From Eledone cirrhosa (lineage: Eukaryota), in assembly GCA_964016885.1 (NCBI GenBank), contig OZ024744.1, positions 58,218,001 through 58,282,000 on the forward strand: a stretch of 64,000 bases of DNA, written 5' to 3'. Under the pieces are notes generated by a model that did no database searches, was not told the DNA's origin, and saw only the letters and a list, made by a program, of their open reading frames with translations. Shown here piece by piece: positions 43,985 through 58,384 of this stretch (position 1 is its first letter; each line of letters begins with the position of its first letter). Made by a program: the position numbers and the translations under genes.

Positions 43985-45695
43985 TCACACATGCAATAGA
44001 CATGGTTTACATATCTGGATAATTAGTTCTGACATAACATGAAATTATCAATATTCTGTCTTGTATCTTCCTGTGAACATAACCATTGTGAAAAAATTGG
44101 TTTTGTGAATATGCAAGTATCAATATATTTTTTCTCATTTTGTACAATTTCGACTATCATTTCATTTTTAGTTTACATTAAACATTGCAATCATTCATTC
44201 ATTTTCTTTCCATTGACTAAACTTTCATATTTAATTGAATTTCCAAATTTTTATGTATGAAGAATCAGAAACAAAACAATTTCTGAAGTGAGAATTTAAT
44301 TTCATACTTCAAGTTGTACAAGATGGAATTCTTTTTATTAGTTACTTATTAGCAAACTGATATTGGAAATAATTTATAGAATGTGTAATATTATCTTACC
44401 TATTTATTGAATCTTATGTCATTAAGTACATTTGGGAAATCTAAAAAATATATAAAAAATAATTACATCATTTGTAGCTTATATCGCTTAGAAATTACAT
44501 AAGGATTAACTTAGCTATATTTAAAATCAAATTTATTTAGGCATGTTATGTATGAACCTGAAATCATGTTAGTTTGTATTTCATTGGTTTAAAACATTGA
44601 TCAAATGCATGAAATTATTTAAAGAAACTTTTTTTCTTTTAACCATAAGTTTGCTTGCTCTTTCTACTTTTATCATAAAAAATTCACATGATTTTTAAAA
44701 TTTCTACCAATTAAGAATGAATGAAGATCTCTTTAAAGAAGCTCATTGATTCTTTTTTTTTTTTATATATATATAAATTTTGAAAAATTCAGTATTGTAA
44801 GTTTAGTGAGAAATATTTCAGTTCACTGTACTTATTTAAATTTAAAGAAATTTACGAATTTTATGGTAAAGAAAATATGGAATTAGTACATCTCCTTATT
44901 TTTATTCAAACTGTTTTGAGACAGTTATTTACAATCAAAACTTGCCACTAGAGCATTTTGGAAAATTGGATTTTCTTTTTTTTTTCTTCTTTCTTTGAAT
45001 ACAAGATACCACTGCTAAAAAAAATGTTATAACAAGGTTAAAAACGAGATGATTTTAGTGTTACATCTATCTGCTTAAAAGGAAATTTACCAAAAGCACT
45101 GAAAAATCTAATTCATGTTTGAAAAGATAAAGAATAGTGATTTGGGGAATAATAATTTTTTAAAAAATGTTTGTCCCAAACCTGTTGCAGGGTATATTTC
45201 TCATTAATTGATAGTGTTTCCAGTGAATAAAATATTGGAGTTGGTTTGTGTGTATTTGTTTGATTGGAAGTTATTGATGTCTGAGAATGAGTTAAAACTA
45301 ACAGTTGTCATCAGATTTTTAATATTTCTTCTGATTCATTATTAAAATTAGACACAGTATCAGTTTTTCTGGAAACTTCACTAGGAACTGACTCTTTCTT
45401 CCCTGATGGCTGCCACTGATTACCTCCTTGAACAACATTTTGACAACTAGTTCCCTAAACCAAATAGTGAAAATTAATAGTTATTTAACATGTTGATACA
45501 AAAATAATACAGATAAAAACATGAAATTTTCAGTGAAAGTTCAAAACTAATTTTTTAAGGGGATATTGCAAAAAAGTTCATTATATTTACATTTCATTAA
45601 ATTAAATAAAACAAACAATTTAGGCCCTTTCAACTTGGCATATTTGTTAGTTTTATTTGCTATTAAATCAAATAGTTTGGGACTAGATAAATAAT

Positions 45696-45790
45696 TGTTT
45701 CTACTTTTGGCACAAGGCCAACAATCACCCAGTGCATTACTGGTACTTTATTTTATCGACCCCGTAAGGATGAAAGGCAAAGTTAACCTC
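45696..45790 (-). mobile_element. 5'-truncated tRNA-SINE (family of 57914-58104) with 12-bp TSD
   Basis: Reverse complement of the SINE 3' half; TAGATAAATAAT at 45684-45695 and 45791-45802. Confidence 0.8.
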
Positions 45791-45996
45791 TAGATAAATA
45801 ATAGATAGAAAACATCTTATTTCTTTTTTCTCAGTCTAAGATATTTACCAGTGAGGGATTTCTTTTGAATACGATAACATTAACTTCTGAGAACCACTTT
45901 TGTCTCTGTTCCCATGTAAATTCATCATCGATACATGTTCATCAGAGGCAGATTCAGATATTTATCAATATCTGATAAATTGTCTTCATTTTCCAA

Positions 45997-46027
<31 letters not shown>

Positions 46028-47356
46028 GCTTTAACTGTAATCACTTTTATCATCATCCCATGCAATGTTTTTTTTTTTTAAATTTCCTTCCAAAACGTGA
46101 TTCTGTCTCTCACATTAACTCGAATCAAACTACTCCATTGCTAAAATTATTCATAAAACATTTTGTTCAAATTAAGCATAGCTTCCTAATTTAACCAATC
46201 ACTGAGCATTTTACATCAGAAATGAACTCACTTCAAAGCATAACTTTGCTATAGCAAAACATATACGACTACACACAGTGTTTGACTGAATGAATTTTAA
46301 TGTTGCAGAGAATATCTTTGAATCAAAGATACTTGGGTGCTCTGTACAAGCATTGGATATACCCTGTATTGTCAGTTGATGTTTGATTTATATATATGTA
46401 TTTGGCATTTATATATTTGTATGACGCCAGTATTTTTTAATTGGTACTTTTGGCACCAATGGCGCTAACTCAATAGATTGGCACCTTCATTGGATGGGTT
46501 GTTCAGGACAAATGAGAATCAAGAGGAAACTACAGAGTTGGTATTGAATAAAGTTAAATATAATAAATTGTTTTGTCTCACAGAATACATCAAGATGTAC
46601 ATATTGGCAATCCTGATATATAATCTTCAAACATTTTTACTACCAACATTAAAAAAGATAAAAAGTAAAGGAAAAAACCATCTTAGAATCAAACGCTGTT
46701 TCCTTTGTTAGCATCTATGTAATCATCACAGAATCATTAACCAAAATCTTGGCTCAATTTCTGCTTGTCTTTGAATGGAATTTTTTTACTGCTTTCATAT
46801 TGGTTAGAATATGAATACAGTATTTTCCAGAATATAAAATTCACCCTTATTTTGGAGAAAAGAGGTTTAGGAAGAATGTTAATGGCGTTTATAGAATATA
46901 TATATATATATAATATACATTCATACATTCAGCGTATAAAATTTCAGATAGATTTTGACACCAAATCTTTAGTTAAAAAAAATTTGTACACTGGAAGATA
47001 TAGTAATAGTTTCTTAAAATACGAAAGTTACGGGAACAGTGAAATATGACAAGGTAACTACTATGTAGTAAGAAACTATTGCTTAGCCTTGTTTTTACCA
47101 AATAATAGAAATGATAATGACAGTAAACTACTGGAAATCTCAGGTGCAATACATAACTAGCAAAGTACTTAGTTCAGGACTATATTGTAAATTCAGTATG
47201 AGATTGGTGACTTCTTTTTTTGTTTATTCTGTTACTACAGAGATGGTCTGGATGGATTAAACTACCATCGAACTATTTAAAACAAGATACACAAAGCATT
47301 TTCATTTTTTATCGTTATTAAAATCAGATATGAAATCCAGAAGTACATATGTTTGG

Positions 47357-47387
<31 letters not shown>

Positions 47388-48070
47388 TTTTTTTTTTTAT
47401 TATGTAGATAATTATCAGTGGGTGGTAATTTATTCAAGTGGTTTTCAAATGAAAATTTAGCTAAAATTGTTTATAGACATTCCTATCATATTGCAACATG
47501 TCCCTGTTCCATAATTTTATAGGAAAATGGTAAGTATTCATTCTCATTTTAACATTTTTCTATTCTGGCACAGGTTTGCTGAACATTTTTGCCTACATCT
47601 GTCATTTCATCTGGGAGGATTAACTTTATGAAGCCTTGGGTCTTCCGTCATTAATTTTATCTAAATCATAGTTTATTATTCAGCATGTTATCTATTCTCA
47701 TTACATTATTTCTCTTGCATGTACCAACAAATTATATCAATACCCAACTATTCATCCAACCTTCTTAATATTCCATTACTATTACAAAACATCTTGAAAC
47801 CATTTTTTTTATCACGTGATTGATTAATTTTACTGTCATTAAGCATTGACTACAAACATATTGTTCCTCATTATCATTACCATATTCAACTTATTTTCCC
47901 CCATCATTTAAATCTCTGCTATTAAAGTTTTTTGTTGGAAGTTAGTGCTGGGACATACATTCCTTTTTAATGTTACACCAGTTGTATATTTGTTACAAAT
48001 AACCTATATTTTTGTGACTATACACTTTCACTTCACTCTCTTCTTGATTTATTACACAACGAACAGTGTT

Positions 48071-48282
48071 TTAATCCTTTAGCATTTACATTACTCTATA
48101 TATATACTATTGTATTTTTATGGTAAAGGCTTTATCTGACATAATTATCTCACATAATATTGAATATCTGAGATGCTGATATTTATTTTGAGAAGAATAT
48201 TTTATCAGTATGTGTGACCAGTTACAGCCAGTTTGAACAGAAAGAGGTAAGAGAATTCTGGTCTGATACGGCTGGTTTAAAT
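48071..48282. mobile_element. Diverged copy of the piggyBac-type MITE at 55710-55910
   Basis: Starts TTAATCCTTTAGCATTTA and is collinear with 55706-55902; right TIR eroded. Confidence 0.65.
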
Positions 48283-51200
48283 GGTAGTCCATTTTCCCTC
48301 CTTCATACTCAGCATAGTATCCTGTTTTGAAGCAGTATTTTAATCTGATACCCTTCATTTAGTTGTCTCTTATGATATGCAAGGATACAGTGTGCCTATT
48401 CTAAACTGGATTCACACTTATTACACAGTATAAGTAATTGATAGTGGAAGGAACATAAAAAAATAACTAAGTATTCAGATTATCAAATTGTTCTTTGTCC
48501 TCGTATGGTAGTAGTGGGTTTGTTGGCTATTTAACTCTTCTACTTTTTGTATAACAAAGCACTAATTATTGCTGACCTACTGGTTTGGAATAAGATTGAC
48601 CACCTCTGAAATTGAGTTTGGGCATTATATAAAATGAAAGGAAGCAATCCAATGATTACTTCAAGAAGAGGGAATATGAAAGTACCATGGTTTTGATTGG
48701 CTAATTGTAGGAATATATTTTGTAAGGCTTCTATGAAGAGCTTTTTAAGATGTACAATATGTAAAATAGCAACAATAATGCTTTCAATTGGTAAAACAGC
48801 CTTGTGGATTCGTGGTAATTATTGATATAAAAAATAAAATTGTTGCATAAACTGAAGTTTGTCATTCATATTCAGTTGATGACTTTATTTTCTTTTATCT
48901 TCCATTCATGACCATTTAATCTAGCTCTACTGTCAAATTTCAATTTCTGCTACTTTTTTACCTATCTAACATCCACAATCCACTAGTGTATCTATTGCAG
49001 CATCAGCTACTTTCTCATCTCACAAGTTGACCTTGCATATCATATATTCACTATTCAACATCTTTTTCAGTTGCTCCAGATTCTCTTTCACTCTCCATAT
49101 TTCATTGCCATTATGTGTTGTCATACAGGAGGAGGAGAAATATTTTCTTGCTGGCAGACTCAATAAAGTCACTCTGATTAGCTTCTCTTTCAGTGTATAC
49201 TTTGTCCCTTTCATTACAGTTTATGTACTTGTACATTAGAATATTATTTTATAGTGTAAGGCTAAATTTTTGTTAAATTTCCATGTTGATTTAAATCAAT
49301 CTTAATTCTGATTGTATCCTAAAAGCTTCATTTATAACTGTTTATACTTCATTGTCATGATCTGGAACCACATGGTTGCAAAGTGAATTACTTAACCACA
49401 ACTGCACTGCTGTTTCTGGTTAAATATATATAGCTGGATTAATGTACATATATTTTTGACAAAATGAAATTTTATAGGATTGAAGACTTGTATGCTAATG
49501 TTTTTGTTCTTTGTTTCTGTATACATCACATCTACAGTTAATTGATTTTTAAATCTGACACATTCATATTGCTTGATCTAAAAGTAATTGACTCCATCTT
49601 GATAAGTTTTATTCAATTTGCCATTATTACTAACAACTGTCATGTGGGGGTTTAGTTAGTCAACATTCATTATAAATCATAAGTATGGCAGAAAAGTATA
49701 CAGAATTACCATATAGACCTTTATGATTAATTCATTCCTCTCCCTTTCATATAAGATATCAGAACCAAGGCCAGGAGTTAAACCACAGTGCCAAGGACAT
49801 CTGTTAATTCAGGCAAGGAATTTGTGCAGGCTCTTCAAACCAGGTACTGTAAGCTTGACACCAGCCTGCAAGTGTCAAAGAGGACTAGATGATGGATAGG
49901 AAAATAATCAAGAAATTGAATGTGCTCATAGGAAAGAGCACCCTGAACACAACTACATTAGGAGACATTGTTTACTCAATCTGCAAAGATGCCCATGGAC
50001 TAAGACAACTGAAAACACCCGCTGCCTTGGAAATCCAGATGTCTGCAAGAGACCGCTTGATAGGCATCGTGTTTGTATTTTAACACACACCAAGGAGAGT
50101 AACTCTGAGTTGTAGTATGTAGTGTTGGCACCAGTGATACTGTTGACATTTCACCATATCATGACTACCAACATTTTTCCAAATTCAAGAAAGTGTTTTA
50201 AGTTTTTAAAACAGGCAACAGAGGAGTTCTAGCTAGGTCCTGTCAACAAAATCTCCATATGGTTTAACTACACAAGTATCCAATATCTGAATGGCTAAGT
50301 CAGCAGCTGGGCACCCAGGAGTCATGATCTGGATGCAACCAGGCCCCCTTAGAGTGTAAGAAGTTAAGGGCTGAAACATTTTCTTGGAAGGGAGGGGGTT
50401 CCTTCTCCCGCTCTCCTGAGAGTTTCTTACCACTATCCAGAAATGTCATTTTTAATAATTATATGAATCGGTACTCTAATGAAACATTGACTTCATCCCA
50501 GAACACAATTGCACTTTTAATTTTGTTTCCAATACAATTCATTCTGAAGTAAGCCTATCAACTGTATTAACTTCCTTCATTATCTTAACTCTTGTGATTT
50601 CCAATGAAATCCACTCTATTTTAATCAATAAAGAATTGAGGGATTTTCTAAAATTATCATTACTAAGATAGTAATATATGGTTCTTATATAAAATTGTTG
50701 GAAGATTATAATTTAAATAGAATCAGAGCTGGTTTTAGTCGGGTTTAAACATATAGTTTGATGTAAATTAAATCAGCATTAATCCTTTCCTGACCATATT
50801 TTTAATACACACACTGCCCATGTGATTTTTTGGGGGGATATTTAGTAAAATAAGTCACTTTTTCTTTTAGTTTCTTGCATAAAATAATGACAGAATTAGA
50901 ATTTGAATATGCACACTTGAAAATTATAGGTTTTACAAAACCAGAGGCATTTTCAGACAGCTTGGTGTCAAAATATGGAATGTATGATAAGACTTTCTCT
51001 GACGTCCCATCCCAATGCATGCTAGCATCGAAATAGACATAAAATGATGATTATTACAGTTAAAAAATATTAAATGTTTCAAAATTATTATTTTCTGTAT
51101 CTAGATATTTCATTGTCATTTTTAAATTAAAATTTAGAATGGATTTTCTTTTGCTATAAAATAATATACTAACAACTGGTATTTTTCATTGCATGAGGGC

Positions 51201-53212
51201 ACATTTGACATTGCCCTTACAGCACCATATTTCTAATAAAAGTTACTGCCTATGTGTTTTAGATCATTTTGAATATAATCAAGGATTTGGAGGATTTAAT
51301 ACTGACTTTATGATAATTAAGGCTTTTTAAAATATAAATTTAGCCGATTTAAAACAGTCTATATAAAAAAACCATGGGTGATATCAAGGTGTTTTGTATC
51401 AAATTGGATAAAACATTTACAGAATTAGTATGTTATATTTACTCTAGTGATTATTGCAGTTTGTCCAATTGTACAATCTGTTTTTTCAATTCCTCCTCCT
51501 CCATTTAAGCCTAATTGTGAAGCTATCTGCATACTTCAAAACATAAAGCTTAAATTCTAACCTTGAGGCCAAGTCCTAATTTCTGTATGTTGCATTTTAG
51601 TTTGAGGGTCACTGCTTCCATATCTGAATGGAATAAATTACAGAGCTGCTGCTTCAAATATATAGTGTTTAATATTATATATGGTGCAGACATGGGTGAT
51701 TGTGAGCTTTTGAAATTACTTAGAATTAAGTAAACATTGAATTGGTAAACAAGAATTGGTAAACATTTATTTAGCTTGGAATTTTGGTGGATCTGAAAAA
51801 GTTTACTGCATATTCTTTAGATTTTTAATTAAAAAACTAGCTTTATCTCTGAATATAATCCAATATGATATAAAGAATACTTTTAAAAAATGGTATAGCA
51901 TAATAGAATCAGGTAATTTGGTATTAGAATGGTTAAATCAAAATACAAATGTAAGTTGGTGTTACTATGTCAGTGATGTTTGATTTCCACTTATACACTG
52001 TTAGATATTTGTTAGTATGGGTCTTGCAAATACCCCCTGCCTTATTTTTCTTCCATAACATTTTGTTCTTTAAAACAAATTATATAAACCTGAGACTTAG
52101 CAACATTGATTCTGAATTTGAAATATATGAATATGACGGTGAATTTTGTGCTGGATGTTTCAATTACTGATAGTGTAAACAATATCTGATAGCAGAGGTA
52201 GTGAAACCTGTTACTTCTAAAATGTTTGAGAATATTTCTTTTCCAGATCCAATCAGTTCTACTGTAAAGACGTGACCTGTTGGATAGGGTGTTGAACTCC
52301 TGGCTATAAAATCATGGGATGCCCCTATTAAAATGTTTGAGAAATCTCATATAAAGTGTAACCTTGTAAGATGCTAGTTATACCTGTATACAGTTAAGTC
52401 TGAGACCTATCATTATGGCACTGAGAAATCACCTATGAAATGAAACCTTGTTGCTAAACCTTCATAGGGGCAACAAAAACAATATAATGGTAGGGACTTT
52501 CGGCTAGAACATGTAAAAGAGTAACACTGTATAAAAATGGTGGGGTCTGTAAGAATCACTAGACAATATAAAGCAAAAAAAATTCGACTAAATTATTTTA
52601 CTGTAATTGGACATTTCGTAAACTGTTATAGACAAACATTTGTATTGAAATGTCTTCATTGAATTTTGTAGCTTGTTTATATTGATAATGTAGATAATGT
52701 AGTAAAGTTGAAATAATTAACCTCTTGATTATGGACTTCACAGCTGCTGTGTATGAATGTTTGAGCTTAGTGACACTTGTTTGGCTAGCACAAAGGAATG
52801 AGAATAGATGAGAGTAGACCAAATCATAGCTTGTACAGGAGACTTGGCCTGAATATTTACAGAGAAAACTCTTGTGAGCCAAGGGCCAGGTAATGGTGTT
52901 AAACTATGTGACTGTCTACTGCCCAATTAAATGTGAATAGAATTAAAATTTGCTAATAGTTGTAGTTTGCATTGTATATTACTCTAGAAATAATTCATCA
53001 ACATGATAGTACTGGGGCTCCTATCATTAAAACAGCAAAAAAAAAACATTGAGATGCAACTTATACAGTTGTGAGTTATAACAATTATTAACTTCCTTCA
53101 ATTTTTTTTTTTAATTCAAAATGTTTATAAAAAGTCATGGAGGGCAAAAGGATATGAACATCAGACTCTTAAGATATTAAATTTCCTCTTTAAATTTTGA
53201 GTCCCAACTCAC

Positions 53213-53320
53213 TCTAGTTAGGGTGTTGGACTCGGGGATCATGGCTGATTCCTGGGCTGGGTGGTAAATTGGGTCCTTGTGCAAGACACTTTATTTTATA
53301 TTTTCATTACAGGAAGTTTC
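53213..53320 (+). mobile_element. Degenerate tRNA-derived SINE (family also at 60465-60560 and 61033-61135)
   Basis: Shared GTTAGGGTGTTGGA head and CCTTG.GCAAGACACTTTATTT-like core. Confidence 0.5.
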
Positions 53321-54234
53321 GTCGGTGTTTGGGGTGCAATTATAAGAAGACCAGCTAAACCTTCTTGGTGTAAGCTGTAACAAAACATAAATCTCTTATT
53401 GCCAAAGAGACCATATGCACCATATCTAAAAATGTTCTTTTCAAATTTCATTTTTACCCTAAAAGTAGATGATCTAGTTTTCTTTTCACATTACTGAATA
53501 TCTTTTTACACCACATCTATTTTCCTGCTTAAAATCATTCTATTAAGTTTACTAAGGGAGCTTGGCATAGTTGTATACTAGTATAACATTAAAAAAAAAA
53601 AATCTATTTTTCTGATATCAGCTGATGGCTCCATATTTTTGTTGTAATGCTCTTCAGAAAAAGATGAGCATAGGTTATCCATTCTCAGTAGGCGATATAG
53701 TAAACTTAAGAGCAGAAAAGTTACCACCAAAAATATAGTAATAAAAAAACATGAGTCATTCAAAAGTTTCTAAATCTTGGATTATCTTTCTATAGCTCTC
53801 ACTTTATTTCTCCATATCTCGATATACAAAATAATTCATTTTCATTTTTACATTTTTACATTTTAATTTCATTTTAATATAATCAGTTTCATCTTATTTC
53901 ATCCACTTTTACTTTTCAGTGGGTTTATAAAAGTTTTTAGAAAATCAGATTTCAAAATGATAAAAGTGACTGAATTTTGTAAAGTTTGTTGGGGTAGTAA
54001 TTTGTGATATTAATAGCTGAAGTGTTATTGGAAATGACATTGATTCACTACAGCTTCAACTCTGTTCCAAGTCTTTCTTTATAAGTGCTTCTTTACACTT
54101 CTACTTGATTTCTATATACTGGTTGTTTTTGTTTGTTCCAAAGCTTTTATTAACGTCATGTAATGATTTAAAATATTTTAAAACAGGTTTGTTAATTTAA
54201 ATGTTATGTAATGGAAAGATCTTTGTAAGAATCT

Positions 54235-55781
54235 ATAATTATGTAAGTTGAAGCCTTTACTGTGAAAATACAATAGTAAATATAGAATAATATAAATGCT
54301 AAAGGGTTAAAGACACTTAAACATTTTAAATATCAAAATATTAAAACTTCATAAATATATTCTCCACTCAATTTTTACAACTGCACCATGTGTTGATTAT
54401 CCACCTCATCTTATAAATGTTGTTTGGATTTTTGTCTATTTCTCAGACTTACATTTTTTAATATGATCATAGTGCTGTTCAAGAATGTCTTACTAATGTG
54501 TATTCATCTAGTAGGATATTAAGTTATACATCTTGGTGCTTCATGCTTTTATGTTCTTTTTGAACTGATATTTTTGTAAATTCTATGCTGATGAAGCCCA
54601 GACCAGTTTGGTCAAGTTCTTTTTTTTTTTTTTTTTTTTTTTTCTCTAATGAATCTAGGCATAGCAATACAATTTCCAAACATGAAAGTCTTCAATTTCT
54701 CAATTGTCAGCTGAATCTGAATCTACCATTTTGGTAGTGTATTAATCTGAAGGCTAATTTAAAAAATTAATAAGCAAATGGATCTTGTGTATACTATGTG
54801 ATCAAAGTGAATATTTTAACATAACTTTGCTTTCACTTTTACATATGATCTAACTATTTATATTATAAATGGATAATGCACTACCATTTGTAAACATTTG
54901 CAATATAAAATTAAATACTTAAATTTTTATTGTGATGTAGCTTTATTGCTGTTTTGTACTTTTCAAGGTCTTGCTAATGTGGTTTCATTAGAGTTAAAAT
55001 TGACCATGTGACCTAAATCTGATTTTTTACGCTATAGTGTATAATGTTTTAAATTAACAAGAAACTTCCATTTAGATTTTTGATACTCAGAATGTTTTCT
55101 TTAGGTAATGAAATATATATATTTTTTTATAAACTGCTTATTGGGATATGTCTGCAGTTTTGCAAGTTATAAATTTCTCTCTAAATTACTTGTATTGGGA
55201 GATGTCTGCAACCTTGTAAGTTATAAAAAGTATTAAAGTAATATCGGCTCTAAATTTGGCTGAAAACATTTTAATTAACATATCTTTTAATAAGGTTTGG
55301 TTTATCTAAGAAACATAATTGATTGTTAAAGACAAGAAGCATGAACACAGCCATAAGATTGAATGAAGAACAGTTGTAATTTAGAATAAAGTCAAACATT
55401 TCAGAATAGCAATCGTAGCAAACAGCCTCATATTACAGTAGATTGTTTTATATTTTTCATTCAGGGAATATTGAATAGTATTTAGACAGATCGTTGTGAA
55501 AATTTGTTGTATTAGAGTAGGACATAACATATATACTCAAATATAAGCTGACCCCCTCCTATTTTATGTCTGAGAAATAGACAAAAATCCAAACAACATT
55601 TATAAGATGAGGTGGATAATCAACACATGGTGCAGTTGTAAAAATTGAGTGGAGAATATATTTATGAAGTTTTAATATTTTGATATTTAAAATGTTTAAG
55701 TGTCTTTAACCCTTTAGCATTTATATTATTCTATATTTACTATTGTATTTTCACAGTAAAGGCTTCAACTTACATAATTAT
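54235..55781. repeat. Perfect 214-bp inverted repeat (54235-54448 / 55568-55781), 1119-bp spacer
   Basis: Arms are exact reverse complements by eye. Confidence 0.93.
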
Positions 55782-55910
55782 CTCACATAATATCGAATGT
55801 ATAAGATTTTGAGAACAATACCTTATGTAGGTATATGCGGCCACTTACAGTGAGTTTGAACAGATGTGAGAGAGTTCTGGCTGGATACAGCCGGTTTAAA
55901 TGCTAAAGGG
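55710..55910. mobile_element. piggyBac-type MITE
   Basis: TTAA|CCCTTTAGCATTTA...TAAATGCTAAAGGG|TTAA: 14-bp TIRs and TTAA target duplication. Confidence 0.85.
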
Positions 55911-56414
55911 TTAAAGTATAGTGTTTTTGTTTCACAAAGTATAGTGTTATTGTTTTTTAACAATTTCTGACTGTTTTGAAGGCCATATTCATTCAAAACA
56001 CAAAAAAGAATAGGAAATATGAATTTCATGACGAAAGTGAAACCTGTTTAATATTGAAGTTGGTGAAAATCAGCAAAATATTGACCTTGAATATAAGCCA
56101 AACGCTATTTCAGCCTTTTTTTTTTTTTTTTTCAACTACATATTTCTCTTATACCTCTTATATAAGAGGACATATGGTAATTTTGTACTTTTCAAGAATG
56201 TCTTGCTAACAAGGTTTCATATTGTAAAATCTGGAAATTTTAACTTAAAGTTCTTTCTTGCTGTGGCTTTTGCTTTCCTGTTCAGTATGATAATCTCTAA
56301 ATTATAATAGTTTGACATTGAGAAATTAGGCTGTCTATAAAACAGATTCATTACTACAGCCAGATTATGTAATGATAGATGACTTTTCAACATGAAAGAA
56401 AAGGGAGAAAAGCT

Positions 56415-56455
<41 letters not shown>

Positions 56456-57913
56456 AGTCCTAACAAAACAGTGTTTCCATTTGTCTTTCCATTCCTGGTA
56501 TTATCTGCCAGTTGAAACTCCTGACAAAAATATTACTGCTTTATTGGTGACAGGAAGTGGGATTAAACAATTGAACATTTCTGTCAATAGACTGCCTCTC
56601 TACTGGTTCTTTGTTGTTCCTGAAAGGATGAAATGCAAAGTGGACTTTGCAAGATTTGAACTCAACACAGAAAGCTGGAGCATACCTCAAAGCATTATTT
56701 CTGCTCTCTTAATGCTGCCAAATCACTGCCTTGAAATTAAAGTATTTATTTTAATAAATCTTACAAGCAAGAAAGAAAATGTTCATGGTTATTTTAACAG
56801 GTTCATGACCACATTTCTAATGAAATAGAGTAAAAGTTCTTATATATCAAATTGTTGGAAAATTTTAAATAGGACCCCTTTAAAATGGGTGGTTTTGTTT
56901 CATAGAATGAAGTGGATTGATATCAAGATTTAAAGCTTATTAGTTTAAAACCAAATATCTAAAAATGTCATCCAATCATTGCATCATTTCATCTCTCTAG
57001 CTCGAAGTAATGCTGCCAAAATATTTGCTTCTTGCTTGGAATTTTAAAATTAATTCTTTACTAATTATTGCAGTGTATTGTTTATTTATCATAGTTTTTC
57101 TGAACATTAATCATTTAATTAACATATGACTGCACTATCTATGATTTAAAAATAATTTTGAAAACATACAAGAATTTGGAGTGGTTTTGTGAAATAAAAT
57201 TTTTCATTTAGTTGTTTGAAGTATATATAACCTTGTAAATGTTCTTACATAAAATTATGATGAAAGGTTCTTAGATAAATAAAATAAACACTTAAAAATA
57301 AGCAGCTTTGTATTGTAGACAAAGGGAAATGGTAGTTTGTGGACCAAGGTAGATGTCGATTGAGCACATCTCTGAATTGATGGAATTTATACCATTTATC
57401 CTTCAGCTAGTGCACCATATGGTTGTAGCGTCATATGTAAAAGATTCTCAACTGAAATATGGGAATGCCATAAGATTTCTTAAATTCCATATCCCTTTCA
57501 TTACCATATATCTAAGAAAAGTCACAGCCTTTGATGTTAAAATAATTTTTAAAATAGTCAATTTGTAGAGATTTAGTAAAATAGTAGTTTACTTATGCTG
57601 GTGTTTGAAACAACTTTAAAATGCTCTTATATAAAATTGTAGTGGAAAGTTTTTCGATGAATATAAACATTAAAACAGTTTTATATCAGGAAAAACAGAC
57701 ATTAAATGATAAATGAATTGAGGCAGTTTTAAGTGATTTGATATTAAAAGGGTTAATATAGCAATGAATGAAAAAATCGTTTTACAATACAAACCTGTCC
57801 AAATTCTTGATTATTAAAAAAGAATTAAGGCTGGCAAGAAAAAGTAGGTGAATTATTGTTTGGAAAGGATTAATTATAAGATCTCAAATAGATTTAGTGA
57901 GAAAACAAATGTG

Positions 57914-58104
57914 AGCAATGGATTGGCAGTATCGGTAGAGGGTCGGACGCCATGCTTTCCAGCATAGTTACGTCCCTTTACGATCTGAGTTCAAATCCCG
58001 CCGAGGTTGACTTTGCCTTTCATCCTTACGGGGTCGATAAAATAAAGTACCAGTAATGAACTAGGCGATTGCTGGCCTTGTGCCTAAAAGTAGAAACAAT
58101 TATT
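57914..58104 (+). mobile_element. tRNA-derived SINE
   Basis: A box TGGCAGTATCGG (57924), B box GAGTTCAAATCC (57987), body GAGGTTGACTTTGCCTTTCATCCTTACGGGGTCGATAAAATAAAGTACCAG, ATT-type tail. Further fragments at 45696-45790 and about 56600-56670. Confidence 0.85.
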
Positions 58105-58384
58105 AATATTCTGATAAACTTATATAAATTAGTATGTTAAGCTACACTTTATATTTGACCAGTTATTTGTTAAGTGTTATTATAGTCATCAGATTTATTA
58201 TAGAAAAAAATCTTTTGAATTCTTGGTTGTTGGTAATCCAGTTTTCAAAATCCTTGAAATAAAACAAAAAATGGTAACAAATTTAACTACTTGCTTTCAC
58301 TAATATCAAGAAATAGTTGTTCCATTAAAACGAGTTCTGAGAAATAAAAATAAAAAAAAATTCATCTTGCGAAATGTATAGCTT

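Noticed and set aside
49760-50450. GC-richer patch with faint LINE-like similarity
   Set aside because: Too degenerate to assign a family by eye.
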